Positions 19,328 to 29,135 of a stretch of 64,000 nt of DNA are shown here, in pieces. Position numbers and translations under genes: made by a program. The first letter of the stretch is position 1. Every line of letters begins with the position of its first letter. The DNA lies in contig JAZDNO010000026.1 of NCBI GenBank assembly GCA_043799545.1, forward strand, positions 1 through 64,000. The letters run 5' to 3'. The notes below the pieces were generated by a model. It was not told the DNA's origin and searched no databases. It was given only the letters and a program-made list of their open reading frames with translations. Source of the stretch: Methanobacteriota archaeon (lineage in GTDB: Archaea; Thermoplasmatota; Thermoplasmata; SG8-5; DAIRED01).

Positions 19328-21781
19328 ATGATGGGGATTGGCAAGACTGGAATCCAGGTCACTTCAAAATTCGTCGGAAGGGCCGAGGAGGTCAAGTACC
19401 TCAGGGGGAAGCTCCAGCAAACCCGCGGAGGCAAGGGGGCGCTGGTCTTGGTTTCAGGAGAAGCGGGCGTGGGCAAGACCAGGCTGGTCGACGAGGTCGG
19501 ACGCCAAGCGGTCGAATCGGGTTTCCTATACCTGACTGGCAGGTGCATTTCCCAGAAGGACGCGGCGCCGTACCTTCCTTTCCTGGACGCGCTCAAGAAC
19601 CACGTGAACATGGGGAACGGGGGGATGCAGCCCGAGGAGGCGAGGATGCCAGTCGGACTCGCCGCTGGCATGGCCGGAAGCGGCGGAACCTACGAAGGCG
19701 GACTTATCTCGATGGGATTCATGCCCATGGCTGAAGAGAGCAGCGCGCAGTTCAAGATGGACGCGCAGAGCGAGAGGGAAAAGATGTTCAACACCCTCAC
19801 CCAGCAGATCATCGGGATGTCGAGGCAGCGGCCCGTCCTCCTGTTCATCGACGACCTGCAGTGGGCCGACAACGCCTCGCTCCAGCTCCTCCACTACGTG
19901 GCAAGGAGCGTCGGGGATGCCAGCGTTCTGATATGCGGCGCCTATCGCCCGGCGGAGCTTGCGTCGCAGACCCTCCCGCTGGAGGACATGCTCCGAAGGA
20001 TGAACCAGGAAAAGCTCTACGAGGAAGTCAACCTTGAACGCTTCAAGCTTCTGGAGATAGGCACAATGGTCAAGGACATCCTCGGCATAGATGACGTGCC
20101 GGAGAAGTTCATAGGCAAGCTCTACGACATGTCGGAGGGCAATCCGTTCTTCGTCGAGGAAGTGCTCAAGGCGCTGGTCGAGGAGGGCATAGTCAAGAAG
20201 GACTCGTATGTCTGGGACACGGGGGTGGACCTCTCGTCCATACGCATCCCGGGCACGATAAAGGACGTCATCTCCCGCCGCGTGGCCAGGATGGACGAGA
20301 ACACGAAGAAGGTCCTGATGTACGCTGCCGTGATAGGCAACAGGTTCAACTTCGAGGTCCTGCACAGGGTGACCGGGATGGACGTGAACGAGCTCCTGGA
20401 CGCCGTGGACAAGCTCATGGCCGTCGACATAATCCGCGAGGACCGGGGCAGCGAGGACGAGACGTACATCTTCGACCACAAGCAGACCGCCAGCGTCATC
20501 TACGACGAGATGAGCAAGTCGCGCGTGAGGCTGATGCACAAGCAGGTCGGCGAAATCACCGAGGACGTCTACGCAAGCAGGCTGGACGAGGTCGTCTATC
20601 CCCTTGCGAGGCACTTCGCGCTCGGCCGCGAGAACCAGAAGGCGTACAAGTACAACCTGCTGGCCGGGGACAAGGCGCGCAGGCTCCTGGCTTACTACGA
20701 AGCGATAGAATATTACAACCAGGCCATCAGGCTCCTGGCCGGCATGACGTCCGCGCAGGGCATCGAGGTGAAGCGGGAGACGGCGCGCCTCCAGGGCGAG
20801 ATAGGTCTGCTGCTCTTCGACCTCGGGGATTGGGGGGCCGCCCTTCCGAGCTACGAGCAGGCCTTGCACAACGCCAGGCTCCTGGGGGACAAGAGCCTCC
20901 TCGCCACGACCCTCCGCGGCCTCGCAGACGTGCAGAGGCAGAGGGGCAAGTACAACGAGGCGGAGCAGCACTACGAGGAGAGCCTGCTCATATCGGAGGA
21001 CCTCAACGACGCATCCAGCGTCTCGGACATACAGCGCGGGCTGGGATACGTTCACTGGCGGAAAGGGGAGATAGACGAGGCGATAGACCACTACAACCAG
21101 AGCATCTCCTACGCCATGAAGAAGGGAGACCAGCATTCGACGGCGAAGACGTACATAGAGATGGGGAACGTTTACAACCAGCGCGGGGACCACGAGAGGG
21201 CCGTAGAGTACTACACCAAGGCGATAGGCGAGCTTGAAAAGGTCAAGGACTACCCGGAGCTGGCAAGGGCGTACAACAACCTCGGAGACACGTACCTCAA
21301 CCTGAAGGAATGGGACAAGGCCATAGAATACCTCGAGAAGAGCAAGACCGTGTCAGAGAAGATCGGGAACACCAATTACGTCGCCTGGGGGCTGTTCAAC
21401 GCCGCGTACGCCTACGCCCACAAGGGAGAGACGGACCGGGCAATTGATTACAGCCAGAGGAGCCTCAAACTCTGCGAGAAGAACGACGACAAGATAGGGA
21501 TGTGCGGGGCGTACAAGAGCCTCGGCGTCGCTTACAGGATTAAAAAGGAGTGGCAGAACTCCATAAGCAACCTGAACAAGGGCATCACGATTTACGAGAT
21601 GCTGGACATCCCCTACGACCTCGCGTCGTCCCAGATAGAGCTCGGGCGGTCATACGCGGCGATGGGGGAGAAGGAGGCGGCCAAGGAGTGCTTCAACTCG
21701 GCGCTGGAGCGGTTCAAGCTCATCGGCTCAAAATTCGAAATAGAGGATGTCGAGAGAGAGATGAAGGCTCTCGACGGCTGA
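19328..21781 (+). CDS. STAND-like ATPase (predicted-ATPase/cyclase-associated type) + TPR repeats, no N-terminal effector domain
   Basis: FVGRAEEV, Walker A GEAGVGKT, Walker B LLFIDDLQWAD, SEGNPFFVEE, YIFDH; about 10 TPR-like repeats at the C-terminus. Confidence 0.88.
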   Translation: MMGIGKTGIQVTSKFVGRAEEVKYLRGKLQQTRGGKGALVLVSGEAGVGKTRLVDEVGRQAVESGFLYLTGRCISQKDAAPYLPFLDALKNHVNMGNGGMQPEEARMPVGLAAGMAGSGGTYEGGLISMGFMPMAEESSAQFKMDAQSEREKMFNTLTQQIIGMSRQRPVLLFIDDLQWADNASLQLLHYVARSVGDASVLICGAYRPAELASQTLPLEDMLRRMNQEKLYEEVNLERFKLLEIGTMVKDILGIDDVPEKFIGKLYDMSEGNPFFVEEVLKALVEEGIVKKDSYVWDTGVDLSSIRIPGTIKDVISRRVARMDENTKKVLMYAAVIGNRFNFEVLHRVTGMDVNELLDAVDKLMAVDIIREDRGSEDETYIFDHKQTASVIYDEMSKSRVRLMHKQVGEITEDVYASRLDEVVYPLARHFALGRENQKAYKYNLLAGDKARRLLAYYEAIEYYNQAIRLLAGMTSAQGIEVKRETARLQGEIGLLLFDLGDWGAALPSYEQALHNARLLGDKSLLATTLRGLADVQRQRGKYNEAEQHYEESLLISEDLNDASSVSDIQRGLGYVHWRKGEIDEAIDHYNQSISYAMKKGDQHSTAKTYIEMGNVYNQRGDHERAVEYYTKAIGELEKVKDYPELARAYNNLGDTYLNLKEWDKAIEYLEKSKTVSEKIGNTNYVAWGLFNAAYAYAHKGETDRAIDYSQRSLKLCEKNDDKIGMCGAYKSLGVAYRIKKEWQNSISNLNKGITIYEMLDIPYDLASSQIELGRSYAAMGEKEAAKECFNSALERFKLIGSKFEIEDVEREMKALDG

Positions 21782-21805
21782 TTCCCCAGTGGATTTTCCG
21801 GGCGC

Positions 21806-23347
21806 TCAGACAATCGGGACCAGCTTCACGTACGGCGGGCCCTTCTCCTCGTCCGACACCATGGCGTGGATTATCGTCTTCGGCTTGACTCCGTAGATGC
21901 ACGGCCTCTTGTCTATCGAGGATATCCTGATGAACGTGTCGGCCATGTTGAGTATCTCCTGGCGCAGCTTCAGGCCGGGCTTCAGGATGCCGATGCCCAT
22001 GTCCTTCGAAATCTTGATCTTGGCCACGGCGTCGAAGAGGTTCCTTATCGCCACCTCGCCACCCTGAAGGTATTCAAGCGTGTCGAAACCAGCGTAGTCG
22101 ATAATAGGACGGCCTTCCGCACCGCGCAGGTGCTCCAGGTTCTGCTTCCATATCTTGAATGCCTCTTCCTTGGGGCGCGCGAGTGCCATGACGTACGGCA
22201 TGTCGGTGCGCTGCTGGAAGTAATCCGCGATTCGGACGTACTTGTCGAACTGCTCCGCCGGGATGAACCTAGTGAGGTCCTTCCTCATGGCGTCCGCGTG
22301 GTCGCCGCCCGTCAGCACGGCGACAATCCCCTTCTGCTGGGACATGAAGTTCAGCAGGATTGGGCGCACGACCATGTAATATTCCTCGCTAGATACGTTC
22401 TCATCCACCTCGAGCACGTTGTAGCTCCCCACCGCGTAGCCTCCTCCGAGCAGGGCGTCCAGGTCGGCGATTCCCGTGCTGTAATGCCCCGCGGGGTCGG
22501 CCACGACCTGCCAGGTGCCGGCCTTGAGGTGGTTCGGCACGAAGGAGTTGAAGCCCGTGAACCTCCCGCCCTTGAGTGACAGCAGGTACGACGGCTGCCT
22601 TATCTCCGTCGCGCGGAGCTTGGCGAGCTTCATGTGCCTTACCCTCCGCTCGTTGTACAACTCCGATGTGAGCGATATAACGCCGTCTACGAGGTATTCC
22701 AGGCTCGGCGCGTCCGCCTTCTCGAGTACCAGCAGGACGTCGGTGTTCGAGCCCTCGACCAGGTCCTTCTGCAGGCAGTTAATGAACTCGTCCATGTCTA
22801 TGCCGTACTTGTGGGTGACGCCTTCGATGCTGTCGACTATGAGTATCGATTTATCCGGGAGCGCGCGCTCGATGCAGTCGTATATCCGCTCAATCTCCGG
22901 CATGCGGATGCGCTCCGTGATGACCTTGAGACGGGTCCTATCGACCTTGCTTGGCGGAGCCATTTCACCGCTGCTGATAGATTTTAGGAAGCCCTTTGCG
23001 GCCTTGACCCGCGTGGCTGTGATTTTCTTGGACTCGACAATCTCCTCCTCATCGGATCCGACCGGGCATAGAGCCTCCAAGAGCATCCTGCTCGAATCGA
23101 CTATGCGATTCTTCATGTCGGTGTCTCTGAGCCACGGAAACTGGTTGTACAGGGCCTCGTCTGAAACTCTGGTCGAAAGGTAGAAGCTCTTGTTCGGTTT
23201 GCCGAGCTCCTCGAGAAGCTGGAGCGCGAACGTCGTTTTGCCAGTGCCGGGCGCGCCTTTGACAATCAGGGAACGTCCGCCTGGTTTGTTGAAGAAGTCC
23301 GCTATCTCGCGCGGAATCGATGCCGAATCAGACGCCAGCCCTTTCAC
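21806..23347 (-). CDS. GvpD-like / KaiC-RecA superfamily ATPase with two P-loop-like domains
   Basis: GGRSLIVKGAPGTGKTTFALQLL, FYLSTRV, LIVDSIEG, LEYLVDGVISL; degenerate second domain STGIADLDALLGGG. Confidence 0.8.
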   Translation of the reverse strand: MKGLASDSASIPREIADFFNKPGGRSLIVKGAPGTGKTTFALQLLEELGKPNKSFYLSTRVSDEALYNQFPWLRDTDMKNRIVDSSRMLLEALCPVGSDEEEIVESKKITATRVKAAKGFLKSISSGEMAPPSKVDRTRLKVITERIRMPEIERIYDCIERALPDKSILIVDSIEGVTHKYGIDMDEFINCLQKDLVEGSNTDVLLVLEKADAPSLEYLVDGVISLTSELYNERRVRHMKLAKLRATEIRQPSYLLSLKGGRFTGFNSFVPNHLKAGTWQVVADPAGHYSTGIADLDALLGGGYAVGSYNVLEVDENVSSEEYYMVVRPILLNFMSQQKGIVAVLTGGDHADAMRKDLTRFIPAEQFDKYVRIADYFQQRTDMPYVMALARPKEEAFKIWKQNLEHLRGAEGRPIIDYAGFDTLEYLQGGEVAIRNLFDAVAKIKISKDMGIGILKPGLKLRQEILNMADTFIRISSIDKRPCIYGVKPKTIIHAMVSDEEKGPPYVKLVPIV

Positions 23348-23708
23348 TGCTGAGCACCCCCTTTACCTTTTCAACTGCCTTGTCCAGGGAATCCATGAGC
23401 TCCTGGCTCTTTCGCGCCTTGCTCATTCCGACCAGGAGAGCCTTGGTGCCCAGAGGCGTGGCTATGAAAGTGCCGTCCTGCGATTCTATGAAAATGTGCC
23501 TCGGAGGGATTTTGCCCAGGTCCGCGTAGACGACCTCGGAAGCCCCGAGAATCGTTGCGGAGAGGGTGGCGAAGGTCTCGACGTGCGCCTCGCTGGCCAT
23601 GTTCCAGGCTATCGGGACTCCGCTTCGGGAAACGACGGCGGATATCTCGATACCATGCTCGTCCTCGAGCTTCTTGAGCTCCTGCTTCAAATCAGCCAAC
23701 ATCGACAT
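23328..23708 (-). CDS. Roadblock/LC7 (MglB-like) domain protein
   Basis: ISAVVSRSGVPIA, FATLSATILGASE, IFIESQDG; 126 aa. Confidence 0.88.
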   Translation of the reverse strand: MSMLADLKQELKKLEDEHGIEISAVVSRSGVPIAWNMASEAHVETFATLSATILGASEVVYADLGKIPPRHIFIESQDGTFIATPLGTKALLVGMSKARKSQELMDSLDKAVEKVKGVLSSERAGV

Positions 23709-23780
23709 CGCTTCACCTCGCTGGTTGTGCCGTTGTGTATATCAGATTTAGATATTTAAACGCTTTGGGTGAAACGCTGG

Positions 23781-24725
23781 CTACCCGTCAATCTTTTTCC
23801 GCCGCCTGGCCTTGCCTTCGAGCCGCGCAACCATCTCGCACGCCTTGCACGTTGCCGCCATGCCAGGCTCGCGGCATCTGGAGCATTCTGTCAAATCCGC
23901 GGGCCTGAAAGACGCGCGCAATGCCTCCCGCATCGAGTCGTGCCCCCTGAGTATGGCGTGCCTCGTGCCCGGAGACGCATCCTCGAGCTGCGCCAGCATT
24001 CTCACGAATTGGCCGCGCTGGGCCCTCTCGGCGTACGGGCACTCCCTCTCCAACACCCGCATGCCCTCGAGAATCGAGTACAGCTTGACCTCCTCCTCCG
24101 GAAGTGACCTCATCGGCATCATCCTTGGCACGAGGCCCGGCTGCACCTTGTCGTGGGGCCCCATCCTCGCCATCCGCTCCACGTCGCCCCGAACGTAGTT
24201 CATCAGAAGCGATTCCGCTGTGTCGTCGAGGTTGTGGCCGAGCAAGAGCTTGGCCGCCCCCAACTCCAGCGCCGCGCGGTTCAGCGCCGCGCGCCTCCAG
24301 ACGCCGCAATAGGTGCACGGAATCGTCCCAGGGTCGAGAAGGGCGGCCTCGTCTAGCGTCCGGCCGAACAGCTCCCTGAACTTCACAACCTTCAGCGGGA
24401 CGCCCAATCGCCGGCACTCGCGCCTGGCGACGCGGACCCCCTCGGCGCGGTAGCCCCTGATTCCCTCGTCGACTATTATCGCCGCGATGCCTATGCCGGT
24501 GCGCTCGTGGAATACCTTCCGTGCGAGCCTGAGCAGCGTGACGCTGTCCTTCCCGCCAGATATCGCCACTGCCACGGTCGCCCCGCGTCGAAGCTTTACG
24601 GACTTTCGCATGTCCCGGGCGAAGCGCCGTTCGAAGAACTCCTTGAAGTGGCGCTCGCAGAGGTGCTGGCCAGAATAGCGGATGTGGGTCACCGACGCGC
24701 GCCCGCACCTGGAGCATGGAATCAT
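23781..24725 (-). CDS. TtuA/NcsA-family tRNA 2-thiolation PP-loop ATPase
   Basis: CSRC...LCERHF zinc finger, SGGKDS PP-loop, CTYCGVWRR, GHNLDD, CPYA, C-terminal CSRC/CKAC. Confidence 0.92.
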   Translation of the reverse strand: MIPCSRCGRASVTHIRYSGQHLCERHFKEFFERRFARDMRKSVKLRRGATVAVAISGGKDSVTLLRLARKVFHERTGIGIAAIIVDEGIRGYRAEGVRVARRECRRLGVPLKVVKFRELFGRTLDEAALLDPGTIPCTYCGVWRRAALNRAALELGAAKLLLGHNLDDTAESLLMNYVRGDVERMARMGPHDKVQPGLVPRMMPMRSLPEEEVKLYSILEGMRVLERECPYAERAQRGQFVRMLAQLEDASPGTRHAILRGHDSMREALRASFRPADLTECSRCREPGMAATCKACEMVARLEGKARRRKKIDG

Positions 24726-24860
24726 CGCCAGCCCATCCCCGAAGTGCTATAAATCGGTTCGCGCGGGCGGTTTATCCGGAAATGCAACAACATGCCCAGG
24801 GCTGCTCCCGAAGAGGGGGGTCCGAAAGGATAAAATTAACATTTTCGTAAAAATGTAGTA

Positions 24861-24934
24861 AGTGTGAGGGGGGTGTGGGAAGAAGAGTTAAAACAAAGGC
24901 TCGTTTTTGAGCCAAATAAGAGACCCCTCACACT
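24861..24934 (-). ncRNA. Candidate ~74-nt small structured RNA
   Basis: Perfect 11-bp terminal stem AGTGTGAGGGG/CCCCTCACACT and internal GGCTC/GAGCC hairpin. Minus-strand BRE/TATA CGAAAG-TTTATTAA (24971-24958) lies 24 nt upstream of the stem; a T-tract follows. Confidence 0.45.
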
Positions 24935-25003
24935 GTCACCTTAATCTGCGAGGCTGCTTAATAAACTTTCGGCGGAAATCTCGGCGGGGGATATTTATCG
25001 GGG

Positions 25004-26194
25004 GTGGGCATTCCGTGGACCGTGAAGCGGCACGCGTACACGAAAAGTGAGGCAAAGCTGGCCCTTGCGGCCGCGCACGGCTTGGGGTGCGAACGGGAAT
25101 TTTCCGGAAAAGCGGGGGCGCTCGATGTGGCCAGGCGCATGGGTTGCGTCCAGTCAGACCCCCTCGATGTGGCCGGGAGGAACCACGACCTGACGCTTCA
25201 AAGCAGGGTGAAAGGATACCGCCCGATGCACCTGCATGACCTGTGTTACAAAGATAGGTCTCTATTCGAGTATTACTGCAAGATGGCGTCGATAATGCCC
25301 ATCGAGGCTTGGCCAGAGTTTGGCGCGTTCCGTGAGAAGTGGGGCAAGAAGCTGGCGCCGTTTTTTAGGGAGCATGCACGCGAGACCCGGGAGGTCCTCG
25401 TCGCGCTTGAGGACGGCCCCATCTCTTCCCGCGGTTTCAAGGGGGCGAAGAAGGTCGACTGGTGGTGGGGGAAGACCAACGTGTACAAGGTCGTCTTGGA
25501 GCACCTGTTCTTGACTGGCCGGGCCATAATCGCCCGCAGAGACGCCGGGGTGAAGAGCTACGGGTTGGCTGAAAAACTTGTACCGCGGGCGCTCTTCGAT
25601 GCCGAATCGCCCAAGGGAGACACCTTTCGAAAAGCTGTTGCCCTCAGGGTGTGCCGCGCATCGAGGCTTGCGGCATCGTCCAGCTCCCCGGAGCAGTGGA
25701 CAATGGTCGGGAAAAGCAAATGCGTCGGCGAGACGCTAGCTGCCCTGGAACGGGACGGTAAACTAATCAAGCTCGAGCTGGATGGGTGGAAGGGATCCCT
25801 CTACGCCCCAATCGAAAATGAGAACATCTGGAAAGAGCCGCCCGGATTCGGGGAGGACGCCGCCCGGTTCCTCGCCCCTCTGGACCCGCTGCTTTGGAAC
25901 AGAAAACTGTTTTCCGTAATCTACGGTCACGATTACGTCTGGGAGGTATACAAGAAGGCTCACGAGCGCAGGTGGGGCTACTACTGCCTGCCGGTGATGT
26001 TCGATGGCGATTACGTCGGTCTCATAGAGCCCTGGTACGGCAAAAAGGAGAGACGGCTGGAGATAAGGAGCTTCCACCTGCTGGACAGAAATGTCCAAAG
26101 GGGGAGGCTGAAGCGCGCGCTCACGGATGAGCTGACCAGCTTCGCCAGTTACCTCGGCGCGGAGAAGGTTCTGGCGGGAAAGGTAAAGCTCTAG
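25004..26194 (+). CDS. YcaQ/AlkZ (HTH_42) family DNA glycosylase-like protein
   Basis: MGCVQSDPLDVAGRNHDLTLQSR (QxD motif), LFEYY, FLAPLDPLLWNR, YVWEVY...RRWGYYCLP. Confidence 0.88.
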   Translation: MGIPWTVKRHAYTKSEAKLALAAAHGLGCEREFSGKAGALDVARRMGCVQSDPLDVAGRNHDLTLQSRVKGYRPMHLHDLCYKDRSLFEYYCKMASIMPIEAWPEFGAFREKWGKKLAPFFREHARETREVLVALEDGPISSRGFKGAKKVDWWWGKTNVYKVVLEHLFLTGRAIIARRDAGVKSYGLAEKLVPRALFDAESPKGDTFRKAVALRVCRASRLAASSSSPEQWTMVGKSKCVGETLAALERDGKLIKLELDGWKGSLYAPIENENIWKEPPGFGEDAARFLAPLDPLLWNRKLFSVIYGHDYVWEVYKKAHERRWGYYCLPVMFDGDYVGLIEPWYGKKERRLEIRSFHLLDRNVQRGRLKRALTDELTSFASYLGAEKVLAGKVKL

Positions 26195-27294
26195 CCCAGG
26201 AACTTCCCGTCCTTGTATATCAGCTTCCCATCGGCAAATATCTTACCGCCCTTCCTCATGTCCTTCAGGATGTCCCAGTGTATCGCCGAATCGTTCTTCG
26301 CGCCCGTCTCCGGGTAGCAGGCGCCGAGCGCCATGTGGACCGTGCCGCCCATCTTCTCGTCGAAGAGCATGTTCTTCGTGAACGTCGTGATGCCCGGGTT
26401 CGTCCCTATGGCGACCTCGCCCAGCCTCACGGCGCCCTTGTCGGCCTTCAGCAGCGTCTTCAGCAACTCCTCGCCCTTGGCCGCGCTGGCCTTGACGACC
26501 TTGCCGTCCTTGAACGTCAGCCGGATGTCCTCGATTTCTCGCCCCATGTATATGCCTGGATATGTGAATCGGATCGTGCCGTTGACCGAGTCCTCGACCG
26601 GCCCCGTGAAGACCTCCCCGTCGGGCAGGTTTATCTGGCCGTCGCAGTTTATCCATTTGCGGCCCGCCACTGACATCTTCAGGTCCGTGTCCAGGCCTAC
26701 GAATCGCATCTCCCTTGCCCTGTCGAGCCGGGCCACCATTTTGTCTTGCATCTTGGAAACCTTCTTCCACTCCGCGATGGGGTCGGCCCTGTCGGCCAGG
26801 CAAGACGAGAAAACGAACCTCTCATAGTCGGAGAGGGACATCGAGCCCTCCTGCGCGTCCGCGTTTCCGGGGAACGGCACGGCGACCCATCTGAAGTCGC
26901 CCTTGGCCGTGCGCTCCATCATGGTCTTCATCAGGCCGGCGTTCGCGACGGAGCCCATGCGCATCTTCTCCGGCGGTATTCCGGTCATGCTCCTGGTGTT
27001 GGTGTCGAACGAGATGCCTATCATCGCGTCGGCGTTCTCGTAGAGGTATTTCTTGAAGGGCGACACGTGCTTGATTTGCTCGTCCGTCGCGTTCTCGAAG
27101 AAGATGTTGCTCAGGCCATCGATTCCAGCCAGCACTGTCGTGTAGCCCCCCGCTTTGACGACCTCCCTATAAAGCTCCCTGATGAATGGAGCCGCTTCGG
27201 AGGCCCCAGCAATCATGACCTCGTCCCCCTTTTTCACCTTGATCGAGTATCTCACAACCAGCTTCGCCAATTTTTCCACGCGCGGGTCCGCCAT
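26191..27294 (-). CDS. M29 family aminopeptidase (AmpS-like), copy 1
   Basis: NLPDGEVFTGP, LGEVAIGTN, LFDEKMGGTVHMALG, SAIHWD. Confidence 0.93.
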   Translation of the reverse strand: MADPRVEKLAKLVVRYSIKVKKGDEVMIAGASEAAPFIRELYREVVKAGGYTTVLAGIDGLSNIFFENATDEQIKHVSPFKKYLYENADAMIGISFDTNTRSMTGIPPEKMRMGSVANAGLMKTMMERTAKGDFRWVAVPFPGNADAQEGSMSLSDYERFVFSSCLADRADPIAEWKKVSKMQDKMVARLDRAREMRFVGLDTDLKMSVAGRKWINCDGQINLPDGEVFTGPVEDSVNGTIRFTYPGIYMGREIEDIRLTFKDGKVVKASAAKGEELLKTLLKADKGAVRLGEVAIGTNPGITTFTKNMLFDEKMGGTVHMALGACYPETGAKNDSAIHWDILKDMRKGGKIFADGKLIYKDGKFLG

Positions 27295-27344
27295 TGATAC
27301 ACCGGGGCGGGGATGGTGGCGGGGCTATAATTGATTTTCCGTGG

Positions 27345-28448
27345 TCACTTCAGGAACTTGCCGTTCTTGTAAATCAAGCTGCCGTCCCCGTATATCTCGC
27401 CGCCCTTCTTCATGTCCTTAATTAAATCCCAGTGTATGGCGCTGCGGTTTTTAGCCCCGCACTCCAGGTAGGCCGAGCCGAGGGCCATGTGAATCGTCCC
27501 GCCAATCTTCTCGTCGAACAGAATCTTCCTCGTGAACCGCTTTATGCCGTCGTTCGTGCCTATTGCGACTTCGCCCAGGCGCTTCGCCCCGTCGTCGATT
27601 GCGAGCAACGCTTGCAGCAGCTCGTTGCCCTTCGCCGCCGTCGCTTTGACGACCTTTCCCTTCTTGAAAACGAGCCTGACATCCTCTATCTCCTTCCCTC
27701 TGAAGACTCCGGGGAACGTGAATCTGATGCGACCCTCGACGCTGTCCTCCACCGGCGCTGAAAAGACCTCGCCGCTGGGCATGTTGTGCTTCCCGTCGCT
27801 GTTCATCCATCTGCGGCCCTTGAGCGACATGGATATCTCGGTGTCCTCGCCGTAGAATTCCAGCTTTTTCACGCCGTTCAGATACTCGACCATCCTCTGC
27901 TGCCTAGCGGAGACCTTCTTCCACTCGGCCACAGGGTCGCTCCGGTCCACCATGCAGGCCCCGTAAACGAAGTCCTCGTACTCTGAAAGCGACATGCTGG
28001 CCTCCTGGGCCAGACCGTTGGTCGGAAAGACCAGGCCGCACCATTTCAGCTTTCCGGCGGCGCTGCGCCTCTCGTGCACATCCTTGGCCTCCATGCCTGC
28101 AGCGGAAACCAAAGCCAGCTTCCTGGAATCCACGCCGGACATCGCACGCGTGTTCGAGTCCGCGGATATGCCTATCGTGGCATCCAGGTTCTCAGAGAGG
28201 AACTTCCTGAAGGGCGATTTGAAAGCCAACTGTTCCGGTCCCGCCTCCTCGAAGAAAATCTCGTTCGCGCGCTCGAAAACAACGTTCATCTGCGGGTGGC
28301 CTCCCGCTTTAATAACCTCTCGGAAAATCTCCAATGCCAGCGGCTCGGCGATTGGCGGTGCGGTGATGAGCACCTTATCGCCTTTTTTGCAGTAAATAGA
28401 GTAGTTCACGACAAGCTTCGCAAGCTTTTCCACGCGCGGGTCCGCCAT
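27345..28448 (-). CDS. M29 family aminopeptidase (AmpS-like), copy 2
   Basis: NMPSGEVFSAP, LGEVAIGTN, LFDEKIGGTIHMALG, SAIHWD; same length (367 aa) as copy 1. Confidence 0.93.
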   Translation of the reverse strand: MADPRVEKLAKLVVNYSIYCKKGDKVLITAPPIAEPLALEIFREVIKAGGHPQMNVVFERANEIFFEEAGPEQLAFKSPFRKFLSENLDATIGISADSNTRAMSGVDSRKLALVSAAGMEAKDVHERRSAAGKLKWCGLVFPTNGLAQEASMSLSEYEDFVYGACMVDRSDPVAEWKKVSARQQRMVEYLNGVKKLEFYGEDTEISMSLKGRRWMNSDGKHNMPSGEVFSAPVEDSVEGRIRFTFPGVFRGKEIEDVRLVFKKGKVVKATAAKGNELLQALLAIDDGAKRLGEVAIGTNDGIKRFTRKILFDEKIGGTIHMALGSAYLECGAKNRSAIHWDLIKDMKKGGEIYGDGSLIYKNGKFLK

Positions 28449-28505
28449 TATTGCACCGGGCTGGACAATGGCTCGCCTTTATTATTGCTTTTCCTTGGAA
28501 CAGAT

Positions 28506-29135
28506 TCAAAGGCCAGGACGCGCCTCGCCCTCGGGGCTGTCGCGCGGGGCCTGCGCGGAGAACTCGGTTTCGTGCTCGGTCAGGAGGATGTAACCGCTGC
28601 CGAAGAGCGGGATGAAAATGAGCGAGCTCGCGACGTGGACGAGGGTGAAGCCTATCTGCCATTGGAACCTCGTCTGGAGCGTGTCCATCGACGCCCCGTC
28701 CATGAAGTACCATATGCCCACAACGGTCCAAACGTCGAATATCAGCGTGGCCAGCACCCCGGCAAACGTTATGACGCCCAGGTTCTTCAACTTGAATGCG
28801 CAGCGTTTTCTCAGCCAGCTTCCCAGAAGCATGGCCATCATGAACCCGGTCCAGACGAAGAACGTGACTCCGGCAATCACGCCGATGCCGTACTGCCCGT
28901 GGATGTTGAATGCGTATATCAGCGCGTCCGTGATTGCCATTATCCCTATCGGAACCAGCACGGCCAGCGCCAGGGGCATCACCATGCTGGCGATTATCGT
29001 CAGCGCCATGACCGGCTCGACGTTCGGCGCGTCGAAGTTCAGCAGGATGAGCCTGACGGCAACGCCTATCGTGACGAGCAGGGACGACGTGACGGCGTCC
29101 TTCCGCTTGAACCTGAGCCAATCCGGAACGCCCAT
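28506..29135 (-). CDS. ECF-transporter S-component-like membrane protein (putative cobalamin/vitamin uptake)
   Basis: About 5-6 TM helices; PNVEPV motif typical of CbrT/DUF6580-like S components; follows a DUF4430 gene. Confidence 0.65.
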   Translation of the reverse strand: MGVPDWLRFKRKDAVTSSLLVTIGVAVRLILLNFDAPNVEPVMALTIIASMVMPLALAVLVPIGIMAITDALIYAFNIHGQYGIGVIAGVTFFVWTGFMMAMLLGSWLRKRCAFKLKNLGVITFAGVLATLIFDVWTVVGIWYFMDGASMDTLQTRFQWQIGFTLVHVASSLIFIPLFGSGYILLTEHETEFSAQAPRDSPEGEARPGL

